A stretch of DNA of 64,000 nucleotides from an uncultured Chloroflexia bacterium (GCA_963813535.1 CAWEZH010000002.1:1056001-1120000); one strand, 5' to 3'; positions 49,227 to 59,639 are shown, counted from the stretch's first letter. Notes: generated from the letters alone by a model not told the origin. Program-made: numbers and translations.

Positions 49227-52211
49227 ATGCGGCGGATGAAGCTCTATCGGGTCATGGCGGTCGCGGCCGCCATCTCATTGCTCATGCCCGTGGTCGCGGC
49301 ACCAGTCGTGGCGGCGGAGAAGGCCAAGCCATACGTGGTGGTCATGGCCGCGGAACCCATCACCGCGTACGACGGTGGTGCGCGAGGACTCGCGCCGACG
49401 AAGGTGGCGCCGGGCAAGAAGGTCGACCCACGAAGCCTGGCGGTACGCAACTACCGGGCGTTCCTGCGCACACAGCACGACAAGTCGCTCAGTCAGAGCG
49501 GCGTGGCGGTGGGCAAGAAGCTCCATGACTACTCGTTCGCCCTGAACGGGTACGCCGCGATGCTGACCCCGTCGCAGGTCGAGAGGATCGAAGTCCAGAA
49601 GGGCGTGGTACGGGTCCTCGAAGACCAGGTGCGCCAGCCCCAGACCGATAGTGTGGGCAAGTTCCTTGGTCTCACGGCGAACGGCGGCGCCTATGACAGA
49701 GGTGTTGACGGGGAGGACGTCGTTGTCGGCGTCATCGACACCGGCATCTGGCCGGAGCACCCGTCCTTCGCCGACAACGGCAGCTATGGGCCGTCACCCG
49801 TCGACCCAGTGCCCTGCGAGTTCGGCAACACCGCCCACAACGCCAATGACGTCGCGTTCAGCTGCAATGACAAGTTGCTCGGTGCGCGCCAGATGCTCAC
49901 GACCTACCGCGCGGTCATCGGCGCTGAGGACGAGGAGTTCGACTCGGCCCGAGACGACAGCGGCCACGGCACCCACACCGCCTCGACCGCGGCCGGTAAC
50001 GCCGGCGTGGCCGCGAGCATCTTCGGTCTCCCGGTCGCCCGGATCTCGGGTGTCGCCCCACGCGCCAGGGTCATCGCATATAAGGCGCTGGGCGAGCTCG
50101 GCGGCTTCACCTCGGACCTGGCGGCGGCGATCGATATGGCCGTCTCCGACGGCGTCGACGTGATCAATTACTCGATCGGTGGCGGCGCCGGCCTGCCTGG
50201 CGCCGATGACATCGCCTTCCTGTTCGCTGCGAACTCGGGTGTGTTCGTCGCGGCCTCCGCAGGCAATGACGGACCAGGCGCCGCCACGGTCGGCAGTCCG
50301 GCCGTCATGCCCTGGGTTACCGCAGTCGGCGCGAGCACCCAGCGACGCTTCTTCGAGGGCGTCGTCGTCCTCGGCAACGGCAAGCGCTATCGCGGCGCTT
50401 CGGTGACCAGGAATCTCGGCTCGACGCCACTGGTCGACGCGGCGAACGCAGGCAGCGACATCTGCGAGCCGGGCGAGCTCGACCCAGCCGTGGTGACCGG
50501 CAAGGTCGTGCTGTGCATCCGGGGCGTGGTCGGCCGTGCAGAGAAGAGCAAGGCCGTCTTCGAGGCCGGCGGCGTCGGCATGATCATGTACAACACGAAC
50601 AACGTCGACAATCTCTTCACGGACAACCATTGGGTCCCGTCTGTCCATATCGACAACACGCCGGGGCTGGCCATCAAGGCGTACATCGCCTCGGCCGCCA
50701 ACCCCACTGCCCGGATCAGCGTCCGGACCCCGTCCGGGCCGCCGCGCAAGACCAGCTGGCCGCACGCGCCCACGATGACGATCTTCTCGTCACGCGGCCC
50801 GAACGCGGTCGCGCCGGACGTCATCAAGCCGGACATCACAGCTCCTGGTCTCCAGATCCTGGGCGGCAATTCGCCCTTCCCTGACCCCGAGACGCCCTCG
50901 GGTGAGTTGTTCCAGGCCATCGCCGGAACGTCGATGTCGAGCCCCGTCGTGGCCGGCATCTATGCCCTCTTGAAGCAGGCACACCCCGACTGGTCGGCAG
51001 CCGCAGCGAGATCTGCCCTGATGACCACCGCGCACCAGAGCGTGCGGGACAACGACCGCGTCAGCCGAGCGGATCCGTTCGACTTCGGGGCCGGCCATGT
51101 CCGGCCGGGTGGCCGCTGGGTCAAGGGCTCCATCTCGCAGCCAGGTCTCGTGTACGACGCCGGGCTGTTCGAATACGCGGCATTCACGTGCGGCATGGAG
51201 TGGGAGGTCTTCGACCAGGCCAGCTGCGACTTCCTCGAGAGCGAGGGTGTCCCGAGCTCGCCGGTCGATCTCAACCTGCCGTCCATCGGGATCTCCGAGG
51301 TTGCCGGCAGCCAGACGGTCACCCGGACGGTGACCAGCGTGGCGACCAGCAACGCGAAGGTGACCTACAAGGCCAGTGTCCGTGCCCCGTCGGGCTTCAA
51401 GGTCAAGGTGTCGCCGTCCACGATCACGCTCCGGCGCGGTCAGTCGGCGACGTTCACGGTCACGGTCACGAACGTCCGTGCGCCGATCGGGACGTGGCGC
51501 TTCGGATCGCTGACGTGGAAGGCCAAGGACTACAGCGTCCGCAGCCCGATCGCCGTCAAGGGCGCGCTCTTCGACGCACCCGATGAGGTGAGCGGGACCG
51601 GCACGTCCGGGACGCTCAGCTTCCCGGTCAAGTTCGGCTACACGGGTTCGTACACGGCGGCGGCGCATGGCCTCGTTCCGGCGACCGTCACGCACGACAA
51701 CGTCCTCCAGGATCCCAACCAGACGTTCGACCCGGCTGACGTCGCCGCCGGCGGCGCCAACCTCCACGAGTTCACCCTCTCGGGTGCGGCACATTTCCGT
51801 ATCGCGATGCCACCCGAAGGGACCGAGGCCGAGGCCGACCTCGACATCTACGTGGTCGGTCCGAACGGCGAAGAAGCCAGCAGCACGTCCGGTGGGACCG
51901 ACGAGCTGATCGACATCCCCTCCCCCGCGAACGGGACGTGGAAGGTCTATGTCCACGGCTGGGCGGCGCCGGGCGGCAACTCCGACTACGACATGTGGAC
52001 GTGGGCGGTCCCGAGCGCCGCGGGCGGTGGCAGCCTCTCGATCACGTCGGCACCGACCTCGGCGACCAACGCCACGGTCGGGACCGTCGAGGTCGCATGG
52101 AGCGGCATCACGACAGGAGCCATCGGTGACTGGTATCTCGGCGCCGTATCCCACACCGGCACCAGCGGCCTCATGGGCCTGACACTCGTCAACATCGACA
52201 ACAGACCCTGA
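49227..52211 (+). CDS. Secreted S8 subtilase with I9 prodomain, PA domain, Fn3-like and C-terminal beta domains
   Basis: Signal peptide; GVIDTGIWPEHPSF (Asp), HGTHTASTAAG (His), GTSMSSP (Ser), SAGN oxyanion hole. Confidence 0.95.
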   Translation: MRRMKLYRVMAVAAAISLLMPVVAAPVVAAEKAKPYVVVMAAEPITAYDGGARGLAPTKVAPGKKVDPRSLAVRNYRAFLRTQHDKSLSQSGVAVGKKLHDYSFALNGYAAMLTPSQVERIEVQKGVVRVLEDQVRQPQTDSVGKFLGLTANGGAYDRGVDGEDVVVGVIDTGIWPEHPSFADNGSYGPSPVDPVPCEFGNTAHNANDVAFSCNDKLLGARQMLTTYRAVIGAEDEEFDSARDDSGHGTHTASTAAGNAGVAASIFGLPVARISGVAPRARVIAYKALGELGGFTSDLAAAIDMAVSDGVDVINYSIGGGAGLPGADDIAFLFAANSGVFVAASAGNDGPGAATVGSPAVMPWVTAVGASTQRRFFEGVVVLGNGKRYRGASVTRNLGSTPLVDAANAGSDICEPGELDPAVVTGKVVLCIRGVVGRAEKSKAVFEAGGVGMIMYNTNNVDNLFTDNHWVPSVHIDNTPGLAIKAYIASAANPTARISVRTPSGPPRKTSWPHAPTMTIFSSRGPNAVAPDVIKPDITAPGLQILGGNSPFPDPETPSGELFQAIAGTSMSSPVVAGIYALLKQAHPDWSAAAARSALMTTAHQSVRDNDRVSRADPFDFGAGHVRPGGRWVKGSISQPGLVYDAGLFEYAAFTCGMEWEVFDQASCDFLESEGVPSSPVDLNLPSIGISEVAGSQTVTRTVTSVATSNAKVTYKASVRAPSGFKVKVSPSTITLRRGQSATFTVTVTNVRAPIGTWRFGSLTWKAKDYSVRSPIAVKGALFDAPDEVSGTGTSGTLSFPVKFGYTGSYTAAAHGLVPATVTHDNVLQDPNQTFDPADVAAGGANLHEFTLSGAAHFRIAMPPEGTEAEADLDIYVVGPNGEEASSTSGGTDELIDIPSPANGTWKVYVHGWAAPGGNSDYDMWTWAVPSAAGGGSLSITSAPTSATNATVGTVEVAWSGITTGAIGDWYLGAVSHTGTSGLMGLTLVNIDNRP

Positions 52212-52230
52212 CGCTTCCGGCGTCAGGAAC

Positions 52231-52265
52231 GACGAGGCCCGCCGGTCATGCCGGCGGGCCTCGTC
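52231..52265 (+). terminator. Terminator hairpin after the subtilase
   Basis: GACGAGGCCCGCCGG-TCATG-CCGGCGGGCCTCGTC. Confidence 0.75.
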
Positions 52266-52310
52266 ATGTCATGTCGGTGTCGACGTGCTCCGGCTACTCG
52301 CCATGCACGT

Positions 52311-52341
52311 GAAAGAGCGCCCGGGGAGGGACCGGGCGCTC
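52311..52341 (-). terminator. Terminator after the small HTH gene
   Basis: GAGCGCCCGG..CCGGGCGCTC stem followed by TTTC on the minus strand. Confidence 0.65.
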
Positions 52342-52396
52342 GATAGGCAGCGGGATCGAGGCAGGTGGAGGCAGGGCCACCACCGTCGCGGGTGTC

Positions 52397-52591
52397 TTAG
52401 CGGTTCTGGGCCAGGAACTTCATCACGTCGTCGAGGCGGAAGCGGCGATCGCCACGCTTGCAGACGCGATAGAAGGGCAACTCACCACGGTCTCCCAGGC
52501 GCTTCACCGTGTTCACGTGCAGGTGGAGCATCTCGGCGACCTCGGTCGCGGTGAGCATCGGTCCCAGTTCGTTGACGGCCATCGATGCCAT
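52397..52591 (-). CDS. Small excisionase/BldC-like MerR-type HTH protein
   Basis: MLTATEVAEMLHLHVNTVKRL..GELPFYRV..RGDRRFRLDDV. Confidence 0.85.
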   Translation of the reverse strand: MASMAVNELGPMLTATEVAEMLHLHVNTVKRLGDRGELPFYRVCKRGDRRFRLDDVMKFLAQNR

Positions 52592-52770
52592 GGGTCAGGT
52601 TGCCTCGTTCTGCGCTGTTCTCGGCGGCTCCGGGCCCCTGGGGTACTCAGGGGTAGGGTCGGGACCGCTGTGTGCCAGACAGTAGGGGTGAGGCCCCGGC
52701 CCATCCAAGCCGTACTTTGGGTTACCCGCCAGTACCAGACCCGACCGCGTCCTACCATCCGAGCGTGCGC

Positions 52771-54363
52771 ATGACGTTGCCCGAGTCGGATACCACGACC
52801 AGCCACATGGATCGGCCACGCGGGACCGGACACCGCGATCGCGGCCGTGGCGGTCATCGGCGCGTTCGCCCTGGCGACCGGTGCGATCGCGCTGCTCGAA
52901 GGCGAACTCGTTCGCATCGACGATGCGTCGGCCGTCTATCTCGTCGCGGTCGTGGCGGCCGGTGCTCTCGCGGGCACGATCCCAGCCGTCCTGACGGCCA
53001 TCGCGGCATTCCTCGTCTATGACTTCCTGTTCACCGAGCCGCGCTTCTCGGTCGTCATCGCCGATCCGAGGGAGTTGCTGGACCTGGTGCTGTTCCTGTT
53101 CGTCGCGCTCGTCGTCGGGCGCCTGGTGGCGATCCAGCACGCTCGCGCCGAGGAGGCGGCGAGGCGCGCCTCGGAGGCGAACAGCTTGTTCGCACTCAGT
53201 CGATCGCTCGCCACGGCGACCTCGACCGCGGAGGCGGCACCGGACATCGCCGACCGCGTCCGAGATGCAGCCGGACTCGAGCGGGTCTGGATCGTGGCGG
53301 GACTGCGTGGCAGCACGGAGCGCGTGCTCGCCGACACTGGAGACGGCACACCACCACCACACCCGAGCCTGACCTCGAACCTCGTCCGCACGCCGGGCGA
53401 CGAGCCGGCTCGCTGGGTCCTGACGCACGCCTCGACGAGGAGCGCACGACCGTCGCCTGCCGACTCCCCCCAGTTCCGGGTCAGGATCGAGGTCGATGGC
53501 GTGCAGCTCGGCACGATCGTGGCCCTGCGCGACCGCGCACGCGGCGAACCTTCACGGATCGAGACGCGGGTGCTCGCGCTCGCGGCCGACCAGATCGCCG
53601 TCTCCCTGCGGCGCGATCAGCTCCGCCAGACGGCGACGGACCTCGAGGTCGCGCGCCAGACCGACGCGCTCAAGACGGCCCTCATCAATTCGGTCTCCCA
53701 CGATCTCCGGACGCCCTTGGCCAGCATCCGCGCCACGGCTGGTGGACTGGCGGACCCCGCGGTCCCGTGGACGGACGACGCCCGTCGGGCGGCGGCGCGT
53801 GTCATCGACACCGAAGCGGCCCGGCTCGATCGACTCGTGAGCGGCTTGTTGGACCTGAGCCGGATCGCCTCGGGCGGGGTCCACCCGGACCTCGAGCCCC
53901 ATGAGCTATGGTCCGTCATCCAGCCTGCCATCGACCGGCTGCGCCCCAGCCTTGGCGAGCGATCGATCCGGATCGACGTACCCGAGACCCTGCCGCCGGT
54001 GCTCGCCGACGCGGTCCTGCTGGATATCGTCATCACGAACCTGCTCGACAACGTCCACGCGCACGCCGCGCCGGATGCGCCGGTGTCGATCCACGCGATG
54101 GATGATGGCGACATGGTCCGCCTGGTCGTCGAGGACGGTGGCCCGGGTGTCCCGGGGGACGAGCTGGGCACGCTCTTCGAGCGGTTCCGGCGCGGTCCGA
54201 CTCGGGCGCAGGGATCGCGCCGGGGGCTGGGCATCGGCCTGAGCGTCGTGCGTGGCCTCGTCGACGCGATGTCGGGTCAGGTCTCCGCCGAGCGGAGTCC
54301 GCTGGGTGGGCTTGCGAGTCACGGTCCGCCTCCGGCCCGCGGCCGCTGGACCCCGAGCGATGA
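52771..54363 (+). CDS. KdpD-like sensor histidine kinase (DUF4118 TM, GAF-like, HK), indels near both ends
   Basis: YDFLFTEPRFS TM block, SVSHDLRTPLASI, NLLDN, EDGGPGV, GLGIGL; no N-terminal KdpD or USP domain. Confidence 0.85.
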
Positions 54364-55070
54364 GCGCCCGGATCCTGCTCGTCGAGGACGACGCAGCAAC
54401 GCGCTCGGCGGTCGCACGAAATCTCGAGGCGCATGGTTTCCGGGTCACGACGGCGGCGGATGTGGCCGGTGCGCTGCGCGCGTGGGACGCCGAGCGACCG
54501 GACCTCATCCTGCTCGACCTCGGGCTGCCGGACCTCGACGGGAGCTCCGTCGTTCGCCACGTGCGGCGCGACGCAACGACGCCGATCCTGATCCTCTCAG
54601 CCCGGACCGACGAGCGGGTCAAGGTCGCCACGCTCGAGGCCGGGGCCGACGACTACGTCACGAAGCCGTTCGGGATGGACGAGCTGCGAGCACGCATCGG
54701 TGCCGTCCTTCGCCGCGCCGCCGGTCCGGCGGCCGACCAGACGCGGCGTCGTCCGGCTGGGTCCGATCGCACTCGACATCGCTGCCCGGCGCGTGACGGT
54801 CGGAGAGACGCCGATCGAGCTCACGCCGCGCGAATACGAGCTGCTCAAGGTGATGATCGCCCAGCCTGGTCGATCTGCTGACGAAGGGACGGTTGTTGCG
54901 TGCCGTGTGGGGTACGGCGTACGCGGACGAAGCGCACTACCTGCATGTCTACGTCTCGCGCCTGCGCCGCAAGCTCGCGGCGGCCGATCCCACCGGCGCC
55001 GCGGGCGGGCTTGATCACCGCCGAACCTGGCGTCGGCTATCGGATCGGCGACCCAGCGGCGCGGCATTGA
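54360..55070 (+). CDS. kdpE: KdpE-like OmpR response regulator, about three frameshifts
   Basis: ILLVEDD, LLDLGLPDLDG, GADDYVTKPF, LTPREYELL, VWG..EAHYLHVYVSRLRRKL, ITAEPGVGYR spread over shifted frames. Confidence 0.85.
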
Positions 55071-55082
55071 GCACGCTTTGAG
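55067..55082 (+). promoter_or_regulatory. OmpR/KdpE-type tandem box
   Basis: TTGAG-N6-TTGAG with 11-bp period, about 45 bp upstream of a TAGCGT -10 box. Confidence 0.6.
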
Positions 55083-55139
55083 GGTCCGGAGCCCCCACGG
55101 ACCTCCGTTCCTTCTTGGGCCCGGGACTAGCGTGGTGGC

Positions 55140-55384
55140 ATGGACACCGCGGGACTGTATCGTCCTGCCCTCGCGCCGAGGATCCGATCGACGCGGACCT
55201 TCGCGAGGTCGACGTCGCGATCGCGATGGTCGCCCAGGGGGCGGCCACGCGCGTCCGCCTGGTCGGGCTCGCCACGGCCCCGAGGGTCGCGCCGATCGCG
55301 CTCGCCCATGCCCAATCCGCTGGCGTCGAGTTCCGGATCGATGGGTCCGGTACCACGACGAGGCTGATATTCGGCCCGTCCTGA
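55140..55384 (+). CDS. Small hypothetical protein upstream of kimA, probable frameshift near 55178
   Basis: MDTAGLYRPALAP joined to EDPIDADLREVDVAIAMVAQGAATRVRLVGL..LIFGPS. Confidence 0.55.
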
Positions 55385-55396
55385 TCCACTAGGTCA

Positions 55397-57376
55397 TTGA
55401 TGCAACCAGGCAAGGTCGGCAGACGACCGGCCGATCGCCGCGTGCCGGTACGCCGGCCGGGCTCCCCATACTTCCGCACGGCCGGCGACGGCGTCATCGT
55501 TGCTCGACCCGCCGCCATCGAGCCGAGCACGACGCTCGGACAGACGGCAGCGCGGGTCCGTCGCTTCGCATTTGGCAGGCCCCTGTCGAATGCCGAGGAA
55601 TTGGCCGAACGGCTCTCCAAGCTGAAGGCACTCGCTGTCTTCTCAAGCGACAACCTCTCATCGGTCGCCTATGCGACCGAGGCGATCCTGTTCACATTGC
55701 TCGCCGCCGGCACCGGGATGTTCGGACTGACCGTGCCCATCTCGGCACTGATCGTGGCGGTCCTGGCGGTGATCGTCGTGTCATACCGACAGACGATCCG
55801 CGCGTACCCGAATGGGGGTGGCAGCTACGTCGTCGCGCGCGAGAACCTCGGGCCGGCCGCCGGATTGGTTGCAGCCGCTGCCCTGCTGACCGACTACGTG
55901 CTCACGGTGTCGGTCAGCGTCGCCGCTGGCGTAGCCGCGATCACTTCGGCGTTCCCCGGCCTCCTCGACGGCGTCCGCGTCGAGTTGGCCGCGATCAGCA
56001 TCGCCATCGTCATGCTGATCAACCTCCGTGGGGTCCGCGAGAGCGGCACGATCTTCGCGATCCCGACCTACGTGTTCGTCGGGTCGATGTTCGTCCTCAT
56101 CGCGGTCGGCGTCGTCCGGACGCTGGCCGGTGCCGCACCCACAGTCACGGACGTCGCCGCCGCGACCGTGCCGGCGCAGGCCTTCGGGGCATTGCTTCTG
56201 ATGCGCGCGTTCGCCGACGGGTGCACCGCGATCACCGGCGTCGAAGCCGTGTCGAACGGCGTACCCGCCTTCAAGCGATCCGAGTCGTGGAACGCGCGGG
56301 TGACGCTCACGGTGATGGCCGTGCTCGTCGGGATCATGTTCCTCGGGACGAGCTGGCTCGCTGAGGTCGCCGGCGCGATCCCGGCCGAGCGGGAGACCGT
56401 CCTCTCGCAATTGGGTCGGGCGGTGTTCGGTGGCGTCGGCGCTCCGTACCTCGTGCTGCAGTTGTCGACGATGGGGATCCTCATCCTCGCCGCGAATACG
56501 GCGTTCGCCGACTTCCCAAGGCTGTCATCCCTGCTGGCCAGGGACGGCTACATGCCGAGTCGCTTCGCGTTCCGCGGTGAGCGGTTGGCGTTCAGCACAG
56601 GGATCGTGGCGCTCGCGGTGCTGTCGATCGTCGTCCTCGCGGCGTTCGGTGGCCGGGTCGAGGCATTGATCCCGCTGTACGCGGTCGGCGTGTTCACCTC
56701 GATCACGCTCTCGCAGGCCGGGATGGTCCGCCACTGGTGGCGCGGGCGCGAGCCCGGCTGGCGCCGCAGCATCGCGATCAACGGCGTCGGCGCCGTCGCG
56801 ACGGGCGTCGTCACGCTCGTCTTCGCCATCGCGAAGTTCGCCCTCGGGGCCTGGCTCATCATCGTCGTGATCCCGCTGCTCATGATCGCGATGGTGGGGA
56901 TCCATCGTCGCTACGAACGTCGGCGGGTCGAGAACAGCGTCCGTGCTGAGCTCGTGGTCAGGCCACCGCACCGGTCGCAACGGGTGATCGTCCCGATCGC
57001 CGACGTGTCGCGCGACGTAGTCCATGCCCTGACCTTCGCGCGGACGATGTCCGACGACGTCACGGCCGTCCACGTGACCGATGACGCGGAGCGCGGCAAG
57101 GACCTGCGCGCCCGCTTCCAACGGCAGATCCCGGGCGTGCCGATCGTCCTCGTCGAGTCGCCGTACCGGGAGCTCGTCCAGCCCCTCGTCAGGTACCTCG
57201 AAGACGCCGCGCGTGGAGCCGGTGACGCCGTGGTCATCGTGCTCCTGCCCGAGTACCTGCCGCGCAACCCGATCGAGCGATTCCTGTACAACGACAACGG
57301 CCGGCGGATCCGTGAGGCGCTCCTGGGCCGTCCGAACGTCCTCGTGGCAGAGGTCCCGTACCGCCGGGTCGCCTGA
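55397..57376 (+). CDS. kimA: KimA-type (KUP/APC) potassium transporter with C-terminal USP-like domain
   Basis: AVFSSDNLSSVAYATE, AYPNGGGSY, TGVEAVSNGVPAF, LIPLYAVGVF, VESPYRELVQP. Confidence 0.85.
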   Translation: MMQPGKVGRRPADRRVPVRRPGSPYFRTAGDGVIVARPAAIEPSTTLGQTAARVRRFAFGRPLSNAEELAERLSKLKALAVFSSDNLSSVAYATEAILFTLLAAGTGMFGLTVPISALIVAVLAVIVVSYRQTIRAYPNGGGSYVVARENLGPAAGLVAAAALLTDYVLTVSVSVAAGVAAITSAFPGLLDGVRVELAAISIAIVMLINLRGVRESGTIFAIPTYVFVGSMFVLIAVGVVRTLAGAAPTVTDVAAATVPAQAFGALLLMRAFADGCTAITGVEAVSNGVPAFKRSESWNARVTLTVMAVLVGIMFLGTSWLAEVAGAIPAERETVLSQLGRAVFGGVGAPYLVLQLSTMGILILAANTAFADFPRLSSLLARDGYMPSRFAFRGERLAFSTGIVALAVLSIVVLAAFGGRVEALIPLYAVGVFTSITLSQAGMVRHWWRGREPGWRRSIAINGVGAVATGVVTLVFAIAKFALGAWLIIVVIPLLMIAMVGIHRRYERRRVENSVRAELVVRPPHRSQRVIVPIADVSRDVVHALTFARTMSDDVTAVHVTDDAERGKDLRARFQRQIPGVPIVLVESPYRELVQPLVRYLEDAARGAGDAVVIVLLPEYLPRNPIERFLYNDNGRRIREALLGRPNVLVAEVPYRRVA

Positions 57377-57388
57377 TCGGCCCAGGTT

Positions 57389-57408
57389 GTTGAGCGATCG
57401 TTGAGCGA
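57389..57408 (+). promoter_or_regulatory. OmpR/KdpE-type tandem box
   Basis: GTTGAGCGA-TC-GTTGAGCGA direct repeat with 11-bp period, upstream of the second kimA. Confidence 0.65.
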
Positions 57409-57551
57409 CAGCCGAGCCGGCGCGAAGGCCGCGCTGGCCTCGCTGGGCGCCCGGCATGGCACCGTATGGACGTGCCACAAGCCCAGGCCGGTCGGCGACG
57501 ATCGACATCGTCAAGTGCGCGACGACGCGTCACGCACAGGATCGCCCCGCG

Positions 57552-59606
57552 ATGATCGGTGGTCGACGTCCTCTGACCGGGCGCAAGGCGGGCGACAAGC
57601 GCATCCGCGTCGAGCGTCCCCACGCGCCGTATTTCCGATACGCCGGTCCCGGCCAGCTCGTCGCGCGGGAAGCCGCATCGGTCCCGCGCACCCCGCGCCG
57701 GTCGCGCGCTCGCGCGTGTCCGGGGCGTCGTGTTCGGCCGGCCTCTCGCAAGCGAGGCCGAGATCGAGGAGCGCCTCGACAAGAAGAAGGCGCTGGCGAT
57801 CTTCAGCTCGGACGCGATCTCCTCGTCGGCCTACGCGACCGAGGAGATCCTCCGGGTCCTCGTCATCGGTGGCGCGGCGGCGATGCTGCTGTCGATCGAG
57901 GTCTCGATCGCCATCGCGCGTCCTGCTCGCCGTCGTCGCCGTGTCCTATCGACAGGTGTGCCGCGCCTATCCGAACGGCGGCGGGCGCCTACGTCGTCGC
58001 CCGGACGAACCTCGCACCGATCTTCGGGCTCATCGCGGCAGCGTCCCTGCTGATCGACTACGTCATGACGGTGGCGGTCTCGACGGCGTCGGCGATCGCC
58101 CAGATCCAGTCGATCATCCCGGCGGCGTTCGACTATCCGGATCCAGATCGCGTTCGTCGTCGATCGGGCTGATCACCGTGGCCAACCTGCGCGGGCTGCG
58201 CGAGTCCGGGAACATCTTCGCGGTCCCGACCTACCTGTTCGTCGGTCTCGCCCTGGCCGTCGTGGCCATCGGCAGCTTGCGGCTGGTCACCGGCACGGCC
58301 GAGCCATTCCGCGCCGAGACCGGACTACGTGCCGCTCGGGCACCGAGGCCGTCGGGATCCTGCTGCTGCTCCGGGCGTTCGCCGGCGGGTCCGTCGCGCT
58401 TGACCGGGGTCGAGGCGATCGCCAACGGCGTCCCCGCGTTCAAGCCGCCGGAGTCGAAGAATGCCGCCGACACCATGACGGTCATGGCCGTCCTGCTCGG
58501 GATCCTGTTCGTCGGCCTGACGGTCGTGGCCGATCGGCTACGAGCTCCGTCCGACGTTGCCGGGTGGACCGTCGGTCGTCGCGCTCGCCGCCGGGGCCGC
58601 CTTCGGCGACGGGTCTCCCCTCGCCTACCTCTTCGCGGTGGCCACCGCGCTGATCCTGTTCCTCGCCGCGAACACGAGCTTCAACGCCTTCCCGCGCCTC
58701 GCCGCGATCCTGGCCGAGGACGGCTACATGCCGCGCCAGTTCGCGTTCCGCGGCGACCGCCTCGCCTACTCATGGGGCATCGTGCTGCTGGCCGCGATCG
58801 CGTTCGGGCTGCTGTGGGCCTTCGGCGGCGATACCCACGCCCTGATCCCGCTGTACTCGGTCGGCGTGTTCCTGTGCTTCACGCTCAGCCAGTCGGGCAT
58901 GGTCCGCCACTGGCTCCGCGTTCGCGAAGCGGGCTGGCAGTGGCGGCTGGGGATCAACGCCGCCGGTGGCGTGCTGACGGCCGTCGTCCTGGGCATCGTC
59001 GTGTTCGAGAAGTTCGCTGACGGCGCCTACCTCGTCGTGATCCTCGTGCCGGTTCTGGTCGGGATGATGCTCTTCATCAACCGCCAGTACGCGCGGTCGC
59101 GCCGCGAGCTGACGGTCCGTCCGGATACGGTCGTCCGCCCGCCGGTCCGCGAGGAGCGGGTGGTCGTGCCGATCCCCGGCCTCGACCGGGCGGCCGTCCA
59201 GGCCATCAATGTCGCGCGGTCCATCGACGACGACGTCCGCGCCGTCTTCATCTCCGACGATCCCGAGGAGGCGGCGCGCGTCCGCGAGTCGTTCGAGCGC
59301 CAGGTCCCAGGCGTCCCGCTCGTCGTCGTCGAGTCGCCGTATCGCGCGCTCTCCGGGCCGCTCCTCGCCTACCTCGACGTCCTCGACCTCGCCTGGCCGC
59401 CGGACAAGCTCGAACCGATCACGTTCGTGGTCATCCCGGAGTACGTCGCCAAGAGCTGGTGGGAGCGCCTCCTCTACAACCAGTCGGCCAAGCGGCTGCG
59501 AACGCTGCTCCTGGGGCGACCGCACACGGTGGTCGTCAACGTGCCCTACCGGCGCGAGGACGCCGACGGTGCGAAGGAGACGCGCCCGAACGGGCCGCCC
59601 GGCTGA
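57552..59606 (+). pseudogene. kimA: Second KimA-type transporter with many frameshifts (pseudogene or assembly errors)
   Basis: SSDAISSSAYATEE, AYPNGGG, TGVEAIANGVPAF, LIPLYSVGVF and VESPYRAL spread across frames between about 57700 and 58560; intact from 58557. Confidence 0.75.
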
Positions 59607-59639
59607 ACTCCGCTCGCGGCAGACCGGCTGGGGTCCGGA

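Noticed and set aside
52397-52591. Excisionase as a prophage marker
   Set aside because: No integrase, att repeat or phage gene nearby; flanked by ordinary chromosomal genes.
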